From the human T2T-CHM13v2.0 reference genome, Homo sapiens, in assembly GCA_009914755.4 (NCBI GenBank), contig CP086569.2, positions 53,888,001 through 53,952,000 of the forward strand: a stretch of DNA of 64,000 bases, in the 5' to 3' direction. Each line of letters begins with the position of its first letter. The first letter of the stretch is position 1. The notes below the pieces were generated by a model. That model did not search any database and had not been told where the DNA came from. It saw only the letters and a program-made list of their open reading frames with translations. The translations under genes were made by a program, and so were the position numbers. This document shows positions 41,182 through 55,474 of the stretch, piece after piece.

Positions 41182-44100
41182 ATGCAATCCAATAGAATGG
41201 AATCGAATGGCATGGAATATAAAGAAATGGAATCGAAGAGAATGGAAACAAATGGAATGGAATTGAATGGAATGGAATTGAATGGAATGGGAACGAATGG
41301 AGTGAAATTGTATGCAGTAGAAGGGAATAGAATGGAATGCAAGCGAAAGGAAAGGAATGGATTGGAATGGAATGGAATTCATTGGAATGGAAGGGAATGT
41401 AGTGTAATGGACAGGCCTGGAATAAGGTGGAATGCTACGGTCTCGAATGGAATAAAAATGTATGGAATGGAATGCAATGAAACGGAATCGAATGTCATAG
41501 AATGTAATGGAATGCAAAAAAATGGAATCCTAAATCATTGACTGGAAAGGCTGGGTGTCGAAAGGAATTGACTCCAATGGAATGGAATCGAATGGAATGG
41601 AAGTGAATAGAATCGAACTAAATCGAATGGAATGGAATTGATAGGAACGGAATGGAAAGGAATGCAATGAATTGGTATGGAATGGAATCGAATGGCATCG
41701 AATGGAATGGAATGGAATGCAATGGAATGGAATGTATTAGAATGTAATGAACTTTAATGGAATGTACTCGAATGGATTCGACTGGAATGGAATGTTCTGG
41801 AAGTGAATGGACTCCAATGGAATGGATTCAAAAGGAATGGAATCGTACGGAATGGAATCTAATGGAATGGAATTAAATGGAAATGAATCAAATTGAATAG
41901 CACGGAATTGAATTGAATGGAATGGAATGCAATGGAATCTAATGAAACGGAAAGGAAAGGAATGGAATGGAATGGAATGGGCTGGAATGGAAAGGAATCG
42001 AAACGAATGGAATGGAATCGAACTGAAGAGACTGGAATGGAATGCACTGGAATGGAAGAGAGTGTAATGGAAGGTTCTCGAAAAAAATGGAATCGAATGG
42101 AATGGAATTGAATGGAACGGAATAGAGTCGAATGGAATTGAATGGAATGGAATGGACTAGAGTGAAATGGAATCGAACCACAAGGAATGGACAGGAATAG
42201 AATGGTCTCGAATTGAATGGAATCGTATGGAATGGCATCAAACGGAATGGAATGGACAGCCACGGAATGGAATGCACTCGAATGCAATGGAGTCGAAACT
42301 AATGGACTGGAATAGAATGGACTCGACTGGTACGGACTCCAATGGAATGGAATCGAATGGAAGGGAATCGAACGGAATGGACTCGAAGGGAAAAGACTGC
42401 AATGGAAAGGTCTCGAATGGAATGGAAATTAATGGAATGGAATGGAATCGAATGAAATGGAGTCAAAAGGAATGGAATCGAATGGCAAGAAATCGAATGT
42501 AATGGAATCGCAAGGAATTGATGTGAACGGAACGGAATGGAATGGAATCCAAAGGAATGGAATAGAATGGAATGGAATCGAATGGAAAGGACTCGAATGG
42601 AAATCACTCGAATAGAATGCAATTTAATAAAATAGGATCAAATGTAATGGAATGGAATGGAAAGGAATCGAAACGAAAGGAATGGAGACAGATGGAATGG
42701 AATGGAACAGAGAGCAATGGTATAGAATGGAATGGAATCATCTGGAATGGAATTGTATGGAATGGAATAATATGAAATGGAATGGAATGGAATGGAATGG
42801 AATGCCCTTGAATTAAATGGACTGGAATGGAATGGACTCGAACAGAGTGGAATGGAAAGTGTTGAGATAGAATGGAATGGACTCCTTTGGAATGGTGTAG
42901 TATGCAATGCAATCGACTGGCAGGGAATCAAAAGGAATGTAATGGAATGGATTGGACTGGAATGCAATGGACTCGAATAGATTGGAAACGGAATGCAAAG
43001 GAATGGAATGGAATAGTATGGAATGGAATGGAAAGGAATGGAGTGGAATAGACTAGAGTGGAATGGAATGGACTGGAAAGCAATGGACTGGAATGGAACT
43101 TTCTTGAATGGACTGGAATCAAACGGAATGGAATGCAATGCAATCAAATGGCATGGAATAAAATAGAATGAAAGAGAATCAAATGGAATTGAATCGAATG
43201 GAATCGAATGGATTGGAAAGGAATAGAATGGAATGGAATGGAATGGACTAGAATGGAATGGATTCGAATGGAAGGCAAAGGAATGGAATCTATTGGAATG
43301 GACTGTAATGGAATGGAATGGAAGGGATTGGAATGGACTCGAATGGAATGGACTGCAATAGAAAGGATTCGAATGGAATGAAAAAGAATTGAATGGAATA
43401 GAACAGAATGGAATCAAATCGAATGAAATGGAATGGAATAGAAAGGAATGGAATGAAATGGAATGGAAAGGATTCGAATGGAATGCAATCGAATGGAATG
43501 GAATCGAACGGAATGGAATAAAATGGAAGAAAACTGGCAAGAAATGGAATCGAAATGAATGGAGTGTTATGGAACGGACTCAAAAGGAATTGAATGTAAT
43601 AGAATGGAGTGGAGTGGACTCGAATATAATGGACTGGAAAGGAATGAAATCACAAGGAATGGGAACGAATGGAATGGAATGGAAAGGAATGGAATCGAAT
43701 GGAAAGGAATCGAATGGAAGGGAATGAAATTGAATCAACAGGAATGGAAGGGAATAGAATAGACGGTAATGGAATGGACTCGAATAGAATGGACACTAAT
43801 GCTCAAATTGAATGGACTCGAATGGAATGGAAACGAAAGGAATGTCATCGAATGGAATTGAATGGATTGGAATGAAATCGCATAGAATGGAGTGGAATCA
43901 AATGGAATTGAATCGAAAGGAAAGGAAGCGAATGGACTGAAATGAAATGGAATGGAATTGAATGGAAAGTAATGCAATGGAATAGAATGGAACGAAATTT
44001 CACGGAATGGAATCAAACTGAATGGAATCAAATCAATGGAATCAAATCAAATGGAATGGAAAGGAATTGAATGGAGTAGATTGGATTGGATGGGATTGGA

Positions 44101-44735
44101 ATGAAATGTACTGGAAAGGACTCGAATTTCATGAAACGGAATGGAATGAATTGGAACGGAATGGACTCGAATGGAATGGAATGTCATGGAATGGCATCAA
44201 ATGGAATGGCATCAAATGGAATGGAATCGAATGCAATGGAATGCTATGGAATGGAATGGAATGCATTGGAATGGAATGTCCTCTAATGGAATGGATTCGA
44301 GTGGAATGGAATCGAATATAATGGAGTCGAATGAAATGGAATTGAAAGGAATGGGATCGAATAGAATGGAATATACTGGAATGTAATGTAATGAACTCGA
44401 ATGTAATTGACTGGAATGGAATGTACATGAATGGAATGTAATCGAATGGAAAGTAATCCAATGGAATAGAATCTAATGCAATAAAATCGACTCAGATAGA
44501 GTGGAATGTAATTTAATGGAGTGCAGTGCAATGGAATGGAATAGAATGGAATGCAATGGAATGGAATGGAATGGAATGGAATGGAATGGAATGGGATGGA
44601 ATGGGATGGAATGGTATGGAATGGATAGTAATGGACTGGAGTGAAATGGACTGGAAAGGAATGGACTCAAATTGAAAGGGCTCGAAAGGAATGGAGTCAA
44701 ATGGAATGGTCTGGAATGGAATGAACACGAATGTA
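41182..44735 (+). repeat. HOR unit U12 (3554 bp); subtype C
   Basis: Anchor at 41182. Confidence 0.85.
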
Positions 44736-47700
44736 ATGCAATCCAATAGAATGGAATCGAATGGCATGGAATATAAAGAAATGGAATCGAAGAGAATGGA
44801 AACAAATGGAATGGAATTGAATGGAATGGAATTGAATGGAATGGGAACGAATGGAGTGAAATTGTATGCAGTAGAAGGGAATAGAATGGAATGCAAGCGA
44901 AAGGAAAGGAATGGATTGGAATGGAATGGAATTCATTGGAATGGAAGGGAATGTAGTGTAATGGACAGGCCTGGAATAAAGTGGAATGCTACGGTCTCGA
45001 ATGGAATAAAAATGTATGGAATGGAATGCAATGAAACGGAATCGAATGTCATAGAATGTAATGGAATGCAAAAAAATGGAATCCAAAATCATTGACTGGA
45101 AAGGCTGGGTGTCGAAAGGAATTGACTCCAATGGAATGGAATCGAATGGAATGGAAGTGAATAGAATCGAACTAAATCGAATGGAATGGAATTGATAGGA
45201 ACGGAATGGAAAGGAATGCAATGATTTGGCATGGAATGGAATCGAATGGCATCGAATGGAATGGAATGGAATGCAATGGAATGGAATGTATTAGAATGTA
45301 ATGAACTTTAATGGAATGTACTCGAATGGATTCGACTGGAATGGAATGTTCTGGAAGTGAATGGACTCCAATGGAATGGATTCAAAAGGAATGGAATCGT
45401 ACGGAATGGAATCTAATGGAATGGAATTAAATGGAAATGAATCAAATTGAATAGCACGGAATTGAATTGAATGGAATGGAATGCAATGGAATCTAATGAA
45501 ACGGAAAGGAAAGGAATGGAATGGAATGGAATGGGCTGGAATGGAAAGGAATCGAAACGAATGGAATGGAATCGAACTGAAGAGACTGGAATGGAATGCA
45601 CTGGAATGGAAGGGAGTGTAATGGAAGGTTCTCGAAAAAAATGGAATCGAATGGAATGGAATTGAATGGAACGGAATAGAGTCGAATGGAATTGAATGGA
45701 ATGGAATGGACTAGAGTGAAATGGAATCGAACCACAAGGAATGGACAGGAATAGAATGGTCTCGAATTGAATGGAATCGTATGGAATGGCATCAAACGGA
45801 ATGGAATGGACAGCCACGGAATGGAATGCACTCGAATGCAATGGAGTCGAAACTAATGGACTGGAATAGAATGGACTCGACTGGTACGGACTCCAATGGA
45901 ATGGAATCGAATGGAAGGGAATCGAACGGAATGGACTCGAAAGGAAAAGACTGCAATGGAAAGGTCTCGAATGGAATGGAAATTAATGGAATGGAATGGA
46001 ATCGAATGAAATGGAGTCAAAAGGAATGGAATCGAATGGCAAGAAATCGAATGTAATGGAATCGCAAGGAATTGATGTGAACGGAACGGAATGGAATGGA
46101 ATCCAAAGGAATGGAATAGAATGGAATGGAATCGAATGGAAAGGACTCGAATGGAAATCACTCGAATAGAATGCAATTTAATAAAATAGGATCAAATGTA
46201 ATGGAATGGAATGGAAAGGAATCGAAACGAAAGGAATGGAGACAGATGGAATGGAATGGAACAGAGAGCAATGGTATAGAATGGAATGGAATCATCTGGA
46301 ATGGAATTGAATGGAATGGAATAATATGAAATGGAATGGAATGGAATGGAATGGAATGGAATGGAATGCCCTTGAATTAAATGGACTGGAATGGAATGGA
46401 CTCGAACAGAGTGGAATGGAAAGTGTTGAGATAGAATGCAATGGACTCCTTCGGAATGGTCTAGTATGCAATGCAATCGACTGGCAGGGAATCAAAAGGA
46501 ATGTAATCGAATGGATTGGACTGGAATGCAGTGGACTCGAATAGATTGGAAACGGAATGCAAAGGAATGGAATGGAATAGTATGGAATGGAATGGAAAGG
46601 AATGGAGTGGAATAGACTAGAGTGGAATGGAATGGACTGGAAAGCAATGGACTGGAATGGAACTTTCTTGAATGGACTGGAATCAAACGGAATGGAATGC
46701 AATGCAATCAAATGGCATGGAATAAAATAGAATGAAAGAGAATCAAATGGAATTGAATCGAATGGAATCGAATGGATTGGAAAGGAATAGAATGGAATGG
46801 AATGGAATTGACTCAAATGGAATGGACTAGAATGGAATGGATTCGAATGGAAGGCAAAGGAATGGAATCTATTGGAATGGACTGTAATGGAATGGAATGG
46901 AAGGGATTGGAATGGACTCGAATGGAATGGACTGCAATAGAAAGGATTCGAATGGAATGAAAAAGAATTGAATGGAATAGAACAGAATGGAATCAAATCG
47001 AATGAAATGGAATGGAATAGAAAGGAATGGAATGAAATGGAATGGAAAGGATTCGAATGGAATGCAATCGAATGGAATGGAATCGAACGGAATGGAATAA
47101 AATGGAAGAAAACTGGCAAGAAATGGAATCGAAATGAATGGAGTGTTATGGAACGGACTCAAAAGGAATTGAATGTAATAGAATGGAGTGGAGTGGACTC
47201 GAATATAATGGACTGGAATGGAATGAAATCACATGGAATGGGAACGAATGGAATGGAATGGAAAGGAATGGAATCGAATGGAAAGGAATCGAATGGAAGG
47301 GAATGAAATTGAATCAACAGGAATGGAAGGGAATAGAATAGACGGTAATGGAATGGACTCGAATAGAATGGACACGAATGCTCAAATTGAATGGACTCCA
47401 ATGGAATGGAAACGAAAGGAATGTCATCGAATAGAATTGAATCGACTGGAATGAAATCGCAAGAATGGAGTGGAATCAAATGGAATTGAATCGAAAGGAA
47501 AGGAAGCGAATGGACTGAAATGAAATGGAATGGAATTGAATGGAAAGTAATGCAATGGAATAGAATGGAACGAAATTTCACGGAATGGAATCAAACTGAA
47601 AGGAATCAAATCAATGGAATCTAATCAAATGGAATGGAAAGGATTTGAATGGAGTAGATTGGATTGGATGGGATTGGAGTGAAATGTACTGGAAAGGACT

Positions 47701-48313
47701 CGAATTTCATGAAACGGAATGGAATGAATTGGAACGGAATGGACTCGAATGGAATGGAATGTCATGGAATGGCATCAAATGGAATGGCATCAAATGGAAT
47801 GGAATCGAATGCAATGGAATGCTATGGAATGGAATGGAATGCATTGGAATGGAATGTCCTCTAATGGAATGGATTCGAGTGGAATGGAATCGAATATAAT
47901 GGAGTCGAATGAAATGGAATTGAAAGGAATGGGATCGAATACAACGGAATATGCTGGAATGTAATGTAATGAACTCGAATGTAATTGACTGGAATGGAAT
48001 GTACATGAATGGAATGTAATCGAATGGAAAGTAATCCAATGGAATAGAATCTAATGCAATAAAATCGACTCAGATAGAGTAGAATGTAATGGAATGGAGT
48101 GCAGTGCAATGCAATGGAATGGAATGGAATGCAATGGAATGGAATGGAATGGAATGGAATGGAATGGAATGGGATGGAATGGGATGGAATGGTATGGAAT
48201 GGATAGTAATGGACTGGAGTGAAATGGACTGGAAAGGAATGGACTCAAATTGAAAGGGCTCGAAAGGAATGGAGTCAAATGGAATGGTCTGGAATGGAAT
48301 GAACACGAATGTA
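44736..48313 (+). repeat. HOR unit U13 (3578 bp); subtype C
   Basis: Anchor at 44736. Confidence 0.85.
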
Positions 48314-51300
48314 ATGCAATCCAATAGAATGGAATCGAATGGCATGGAATATAAAGAAATGGAATCGAAGAGAATGGAAACAAATGGAATGGAATTGAAT
48401 GGAATGGAATTGAATGGAATGGGAACGAATGGAGTGAAATTGTATGCAGTAGAAGGGAATAGAATGGAATGCAAGCGAAAGGAAAGGAATGGATTGGAAT
48501 GGAATGGAATTCATTGGAATGGAAGGGAATGTAGTGTAATGGACAGGCCTGGAATAAAGTGGAATGCTACGGTCTCGAATGGAATAAAAATGTATGGAAT
48601 GGAATGCAATGAAACGGAATCGAATGTCATAGAATGTAATGGAATGCAAAAAAATGGAATCCAAAATCATTGACTGGAAAGGCTGGGTGTCGAAAGGAAT
48701 TGACTCCAATGGTATGGAATCGAATGGAATGGAAGTGAATAGAATCGAACTAAATCGAATGGAATGGAATTGATAGGAACGGAATGGAAAGGAATGCAAT
48801 GAATTGGCATGGAATGGAATCGAATGGCATCGAATGGAATGGAATGGAATGCAATGGAATGGAATGTATTAGAATGTAATGAACTTTAATGGAATGTACT
48901 CGAATGGATTCGACTGGAATGGAATGTTCTGGAAGTGAATGGACTCCAATGGAATGGATTCAAAAGGAATGGAATCGTACGGAATGGAATCTAATGGAAT
49001 GGAATTAAATGGAAATGAATCAAATTGAATAGCACGGAATTGAATTGAATGGAATGGAATGCAATGGAATCTAATGAAACGGAAAGGAAAGGAATGGAAT
49101 GGAATGGAATGGGCTGGAATGGAAAGGAATCGAAACGAATGGAATGGAATCGAACTGAAGAGACTGGAATGGAATGCACTGGAATGGAAGGGAGTGTAAT
49201 GGAAGGTTCTCGAAAAAAATGGAATCGAATGGAATGGAATTGAATGGAACGGAATAGAGTCGAATGGAATTGAATGGAATGGAATGGACTAGAGTGAAAT
49301 GGAATCGAACCACAAGGAATGGACAGGAATAGAATGGTCTCGAATTGAATGGAATCGTATGGAATGGCATCAAACGGAATGGAATGGACAGCCACGGAAT
49401 GGAATGCACTCGAATGCAATGGAGTCGAAACTAATGGACTGGAATAGAATGGACTCGACTGGTACGGACTCCAATGGAATGGAATCGAATGGAAGGGAAT
49501 CGAACGGAATGGACTCGAAGGGAAAAGACTGCAATGGAAAGGTCTCGAATGGAATGGAAATTAATGGAATGGAATGGAATCGAATGAAATGGAGTCAAAA
49601 GGAATGGAATCGAATGGCAAGAAATCGAATGTAATGGAATCGCAAGGAATTGATGTGAACGGAACGGAATGGAATGGAATCCAAAGGAATGGAATAGAAT
49701 GGAATGGAATCGAATGGAAAGGACTCGAATGGAAATCACTGGAATAGAATGCAATTTAATAAAATAGGATCAAATGTAATGGAATGGAATGGAAAGGAAT
49801 CGAAACGAAAGGAATGGAGACAGATGGAATGGAATGGAACAGAGTGCAATGGTATAGAATGGAATGGAATCATCTGGAATGGAATTGAATGGAATGGAAT
49901 AATATGAAATGGAATGGAATGGAATGGAATGGAATGCCCTTGAATTAAATGGACTGGAATGGAATGGACTCGAACAGAGTGGAATGGAAAGTGTTGAGAT
50001 AGAATGGAATGGACTCCTTTGGAATGGTGTAGTATGCAATGCAATCGACTGGCAGGGAATCAAAAGGAATGTAATGGAATGGATTGGACTGGAATGCAAT
50101 GGACTCGAATAGATTGGAAACGGAATGCAAAGGAATGGAATGGAATAGTATGGAATGGAATGGAAAGGAATGGAGTGGAATAGACTAGAGTGGAATGGAA
50201 TGGACTGGAAAGCAATGGACTGGAATGGAACTTTCTTGAATGGACTGGAATCAAACGGAATGGAATGCAATGCAATCAAATGGCATGGAATAAAATAGAA
50301 TGAAAGAGAATCAAATGGAATTGAATCGAATGGAATCGAATGGATTGGAAAGGAATAGAATGGAATGGAATGGAATTGACTCAAATGGAATGGACTAGAA
50401 TGGAATGGATTCGAATGGAAGGCAAAGGAATGGAATCTATTGGAATGGACTGTAATGGAATGGAATGGAAGGGATTGGAATGGACTCGAATGGAATGGAC
50501 TGCAATAGAAAGGATTCGAATGGAATGAAAAAGAATTGAATGGAATAGAACAGAATGGAATCAAATCGAATGAAATGGAATGGAATAGAAAGGAATGGAA
50601 TGAAATGGAATGGAAAGGATTCGAATGGAATGCAATCGAATGGAATGGAATCGAACGGAATGGAATAAAATGGAAGAAAACTGGCAAGAAATGGAATCGA
50701 AATGAATGGAGTGTTATGGAACGGACTCAAAAGGAATTGAATGTAATAGAATGGAGTGGAGTGGACTCGAATATAATGGACTGGAATGGAATGAAATCAC
50801 AAGGAATGGGAACGAATGGAATGGAATGGAAAGGAATGGAATCGAATGGAAAGGAATCGAATGGAAGGGAATGAAATTGAATCAACAGGAATGGAAGGGA
50901 ATAGAATAGACGGTAATGGAATGGACTCGAATAGAATGGACACGAATGCTCAAATCGAATGGACTCGAATGGAATGGAAACGAAAGGAATGTCATCGAAT
51001 GGAATTGAATGGATTGGAATGAAATCGCATAGAATGGAGTGGAATCAAATGGAATTGAATCGAAAGGAAAGGAAGCGAATGGACTGAAATGAAATGGAAT
51101 GGAATTGAATGGAAAGTAATGCAATGGAATAGAATGGAACGAAATTTCACGGAATGGAATCAAACTGAATGGAATCAAATCAATGGAATCAAATCAAATG
51201 GAATGGAAAGGAATTGAATGGAGTAGATTGGATTGGATGGGATTGGAATGAAATGTACTGGAAAGGACTCGAATTTCATGAAACGGAATGGAATGAATTG

Positions 51301-51887
51301 GAACGGAATGGACTCGAATGGAATGGAATGTCATGGAATGGCATCAAATGGAATGGCATCAAATGGAATGGAATCGAATGCAATGGAATGCTATGGAATG
51401 GAATGGAATGCATTGGAATGGAATGTCCTCTAATGGAATGGATTCGAGTGGAATGGAATCGAATATAATGGAGTCGAATGAAATGGAATTGAAAGGAGTG
51501 GGATCGAATACAATGGAATATACTGGAATGTAATGTAATGAACTCGAATGTAATTGACTGGAATGGAATGTACATGAATGGAATGTAATCGAATGGAAAG
51601 TAATCCAATGGAATAGAATCTAATGCAATAAAACCGACTCAGATAGAGTAGAATGTAATGGAATGGAGTGCAGTGCAATGGAATGGAATGGAATGGAATG
51701 CAATGGAATGGAATGTAATGGAATGGAATGGAATGGAATGGAATGGAATGGAATGGGATGGAATGGGATGGAATGGATAGTAATGGACTGGAGTGAAATG
51801 GACTGGAAAGGAATGGACTCAAATTGAAAGGGCTCGAAAGGAATGGAGTCAAATGGAATGGTCTGGAATGGAATGAACACGAATGTA
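48314..51887 (+). repeat. HOR unit U14 (3574 bp); subtype C
   Basis: Anchor at 48314. Confidence 0.85.
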
Positions 51888-54800
51888 ATGCAATCCAATA
51901 GAATGGAATCGAATGGCATGGAATATAAAGAAATGGAATCGAAGAGAATGGAAACAAATGGAATGGAATTGAATGGAATGGAATTGAATGGAATGGGAAC
52001 GAATGGAGTGAAATTGTATGCAGTAGAAGGGAATAGAATGGAATGCAAGCGAAAGGAAAGGAATGGATTGGAATGGAATGGAATTCATTGGAATGGAAGG
52101 GAATGTAGTGTAATGGACAGGCCTGGAATAAAGTGGAATGCTACGGTCTCGAATGGAATAAAAATGTATGGAATGGAATGCAATGAAACGGAATCAAATG
52201 TCATAGAATGTAATGGAATGCAAAAAAATGGAATCCAAAATCATTGACTGGAAAGGCTGGGTGTCGAAAGGAATTGACTCCAATGGTATGGAATCGAATG
52301 GAATGGAAGTGAATAGAATCGAACTAAATCGAATGGAATGGAATTGATAGGAACGGAATGGAAAGGAATGCAATGAATTGGCATGGAATGGAATCGAATG
52401 GCATCGAATGGAATGGAATGGAATGCAATGGAATGGAATGTATTAGAATGTAATGAACTTTAATGGAATGTACTCGAATGGATTCGACTGGAATGGAATG
52501 TTCTGGAAGTGAATGGACTCCAATGGAATGGATTCAAAAGGAATGGAATCGTACGGAATGGAATCTAATGGAATGGAATTAAATGGAAATGAATCAAATT
52601 GAATAGCACGGAATTGAATTGAATGGAATGGAATGCAATGGAATCTAATGAAACGGAAAGGAAAGGAATGGAATGGAATGGAATGGGCTGGAATGGAAAG
52701 GAATCGAAACGAATGGAATGGAATCGAACTGAAGAGACTGGAATGGAATGCACTGGAATGGAAGGGAGTGTAATGGAAGGTTGTCGAAAAAAATGGAATC
52801 GAATGGAATGGAATTGAATGGAACGGAATAGAGTCGAATGGAATTGAATGGAATGGAATGGACTAGAGTGAAATGGAATCGAACCACAAGGAATGGACAG
52901 GAATAGAATGGTCTCGAATTGAATGGAATCGTATGGAATGGCATCAAACGGAATGGAATGGACAGCCACGGAATGGAATGCACTCGAATGCAATGGAGTC
53001 GAAACGTCGAAACTAATGGACTGGAATAGAATGGACTCGACTGGTACGGACTCCAATGGAATGGAATCGAATGGAAGGGAATCGAACGGAATGGACTCGA
53101 AGGGAAAAGACTGCAATGGAAAGGTCTCGAATGGAATGGAAATTAATGGAATGGAATGGAATCGAATGAAATGGAGTCAAAAGGAATGGAATCGAATGGC
53201 AAGAAATCGAATGTAATGGAATCGCAAGGAATTGATGTGAACGGAACGGAATGGAATGGAATCCAAAGGAATGGAATAGAATGGAATGGAATCGAATGGA
53301 AAGGACTCGAATGGAAATCACTCGAATAGAATGCAATTTAATAAAATAGGAACAAATGTAATGGAATGGAATGGAAAGGAATCGAAACGAAAGGAATGGA
53401 GACAGATGGAATGGAATGGAACAGAGTGCAATGGTATAGAATGGAATGGAATCATCTGGAATGGAATTGAATGGAATGGAATAATATGAAATGGAATGGA
53501 ATGGAATGGAATGGAATGCCCTTGAATTAAATGGACTGGAATGGAATGGACTCGAACAGAGTGGGATGGAAAGTGTTGAGATAGAATGGAATGGACTCCT
53601 TTGGAATGGTGTAGTATGCAATGCAATCGACTGGCAGGGAATCAAAAGGAATGTAATCGAATGGATTGGACTGGAATGCAATGGACTCGAATAGATTGGA
53701 AACGGAATGCAAAGGAATGGAATGGAATAGTATGGAATGGAATGGAAAGGAATGGAGTGGAATAGACTAGAGTGGAATGGAATGGACTGGAAAGCAATGG
53801 ACTGGAATGGAACTTTCTTGAATGGACTGGAATCAAACGGAATGGAATGCAATGCAATCAAATGGCATGGAATAAAATAGAATGAAAGAGAATCAAATGG
53901 AATTGAATCGAATGGAATCGAATGGATTGGAAAGGAATAGAATGGAATGGAATGGAATTGACTCAAATGGAATGGACTAGAATGGAATGGATTCGAATGG
54001 AAGGCAAAGGAATGGAATCTATTGGAATGGACTGTAATGGAATGGAATGGAAGGGATTGGAATGGACTCGAATGGAATGGACTGCAATAGAAAGGATTCG
54101 AATGGAATGAAAAAGAATTGAATGGAATAGAACAGAATGGAATCAAATCGAATGAAATGGAATGGAATAGAAAGGAATGGAATGAAATGGAATGGAAAGG
54201 ATTCGAATGGAATGCAATCGAATGGAATGGAATCGAACGGAATGGAATAAAATGGAAGAAAACTGGCAAGAAATGGAATCGAAATGAATGGAGTGTTATG
54301 GAACGGACTCAAAAGGAATTGAATGTAATAGAATGGAGTGGAGTGGACTCGAATATAATGGACTGGAATGGAATGAAATCACATGGAATGGGAACGAATG
54401 GAATGGAATGGAAAGGAATGGAATCGAATGGAAAGGAATCGAATGGAAGGGAATGAAATTGAATCAACAGGAATGGAAGGGAATAGAATAGACGGTAATG
54501 GAATGGACTCGAATAGAATGGACACGAATGCTGAAATTGAATGGACTCGAATGGAATGGAAACGAAAGGAATGTCATCAAATGGAATTGAATCGATTGGA
54601 ATGAAATCGCATAGAATGGAGTGGAATCAAATGGAATTGAATCGAAAGGAAAGGAAGCGAATGGACTGAAATGAAATGGAATGGAATTGAATGGAAAGTA
54701 ATGCAATGGAATAGAATGGAACGAAATTTCACGGAATGGAATCAAACTGAATGGAATCAAATCAATAGAATCAAATCAAATGGAATGGAAAGGAATTGAA

Positions 54801-55474
54801 TGGAGTAAATTGGATTGGATGGGATTGGAATGAAATGTACTGGAAACGACTCGAATTTCATGAAACGGAATGGAATGAATTGGAACGGAATGGACTCGAA
54901 TGGAATGGAATGTCATGGAATGGCATCAAATGGAATGGCATCAAATGGAATGGAATCGAATGCAATGGAATGCTATGGAATGGAATGGAATGCATTGGAA
55001 TGGAATGTCCTCTAATGGAATGGATTCGAGTGGAATGGAATCGAATATAATGGAGTCGAATGAAATGGAATTGAAAGGAGTGGGATCGAATACAATGGAA
55101 TATACTGGAATGTAATGTAATGAACTCGAATGTAATTGACTGGAATGGAATGTACATGAATGGAATGTAATCGAATGGAAAGTAATCCAATGGAATAGAA
55201 TCTAATGCAATAAAACCGACTCAGATAGAGTAGAATGTAATGGAATGGAGTGCAGTGCAATGGAATGGAATGGAATGGAATGCAATGGAATGGAATGGAA
55301 TGGAATGGAATGGAATGGAATGGAATGGAATGGAATGGAATGGGATGGAATGGGATGGAATGGATAGTAATGGACTGGAGTGAAATGGACTGGAAAGGAA
55401 TGGACTCAAATTGAAAGGGCTCGAAAGGAATGGAGTCAAATGGAATGGTCTGGAATGGAATGAACACGAATGTA
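51888..55474 (+). repeat. HOR unit U15 (3587 bp); subtype C with an 8-bp tandem duplication gtcgaaac and the ggttGtcg variant
   Basis: Anchor at 51888. gtcgaaacgtcgaaac at 52998-53013. ggttgtcgaaaaaaatgg at about 52780. Confidence 0.85.
52998..53013 (+). repeat. 8-bp tandem duplication gtcgaaac/gtcgaaac (U15)
   Basis: gagtcgaaacgtcgaaactaatgg, versus gagtcgaaactaatgg in other units. Confidence 0.9.
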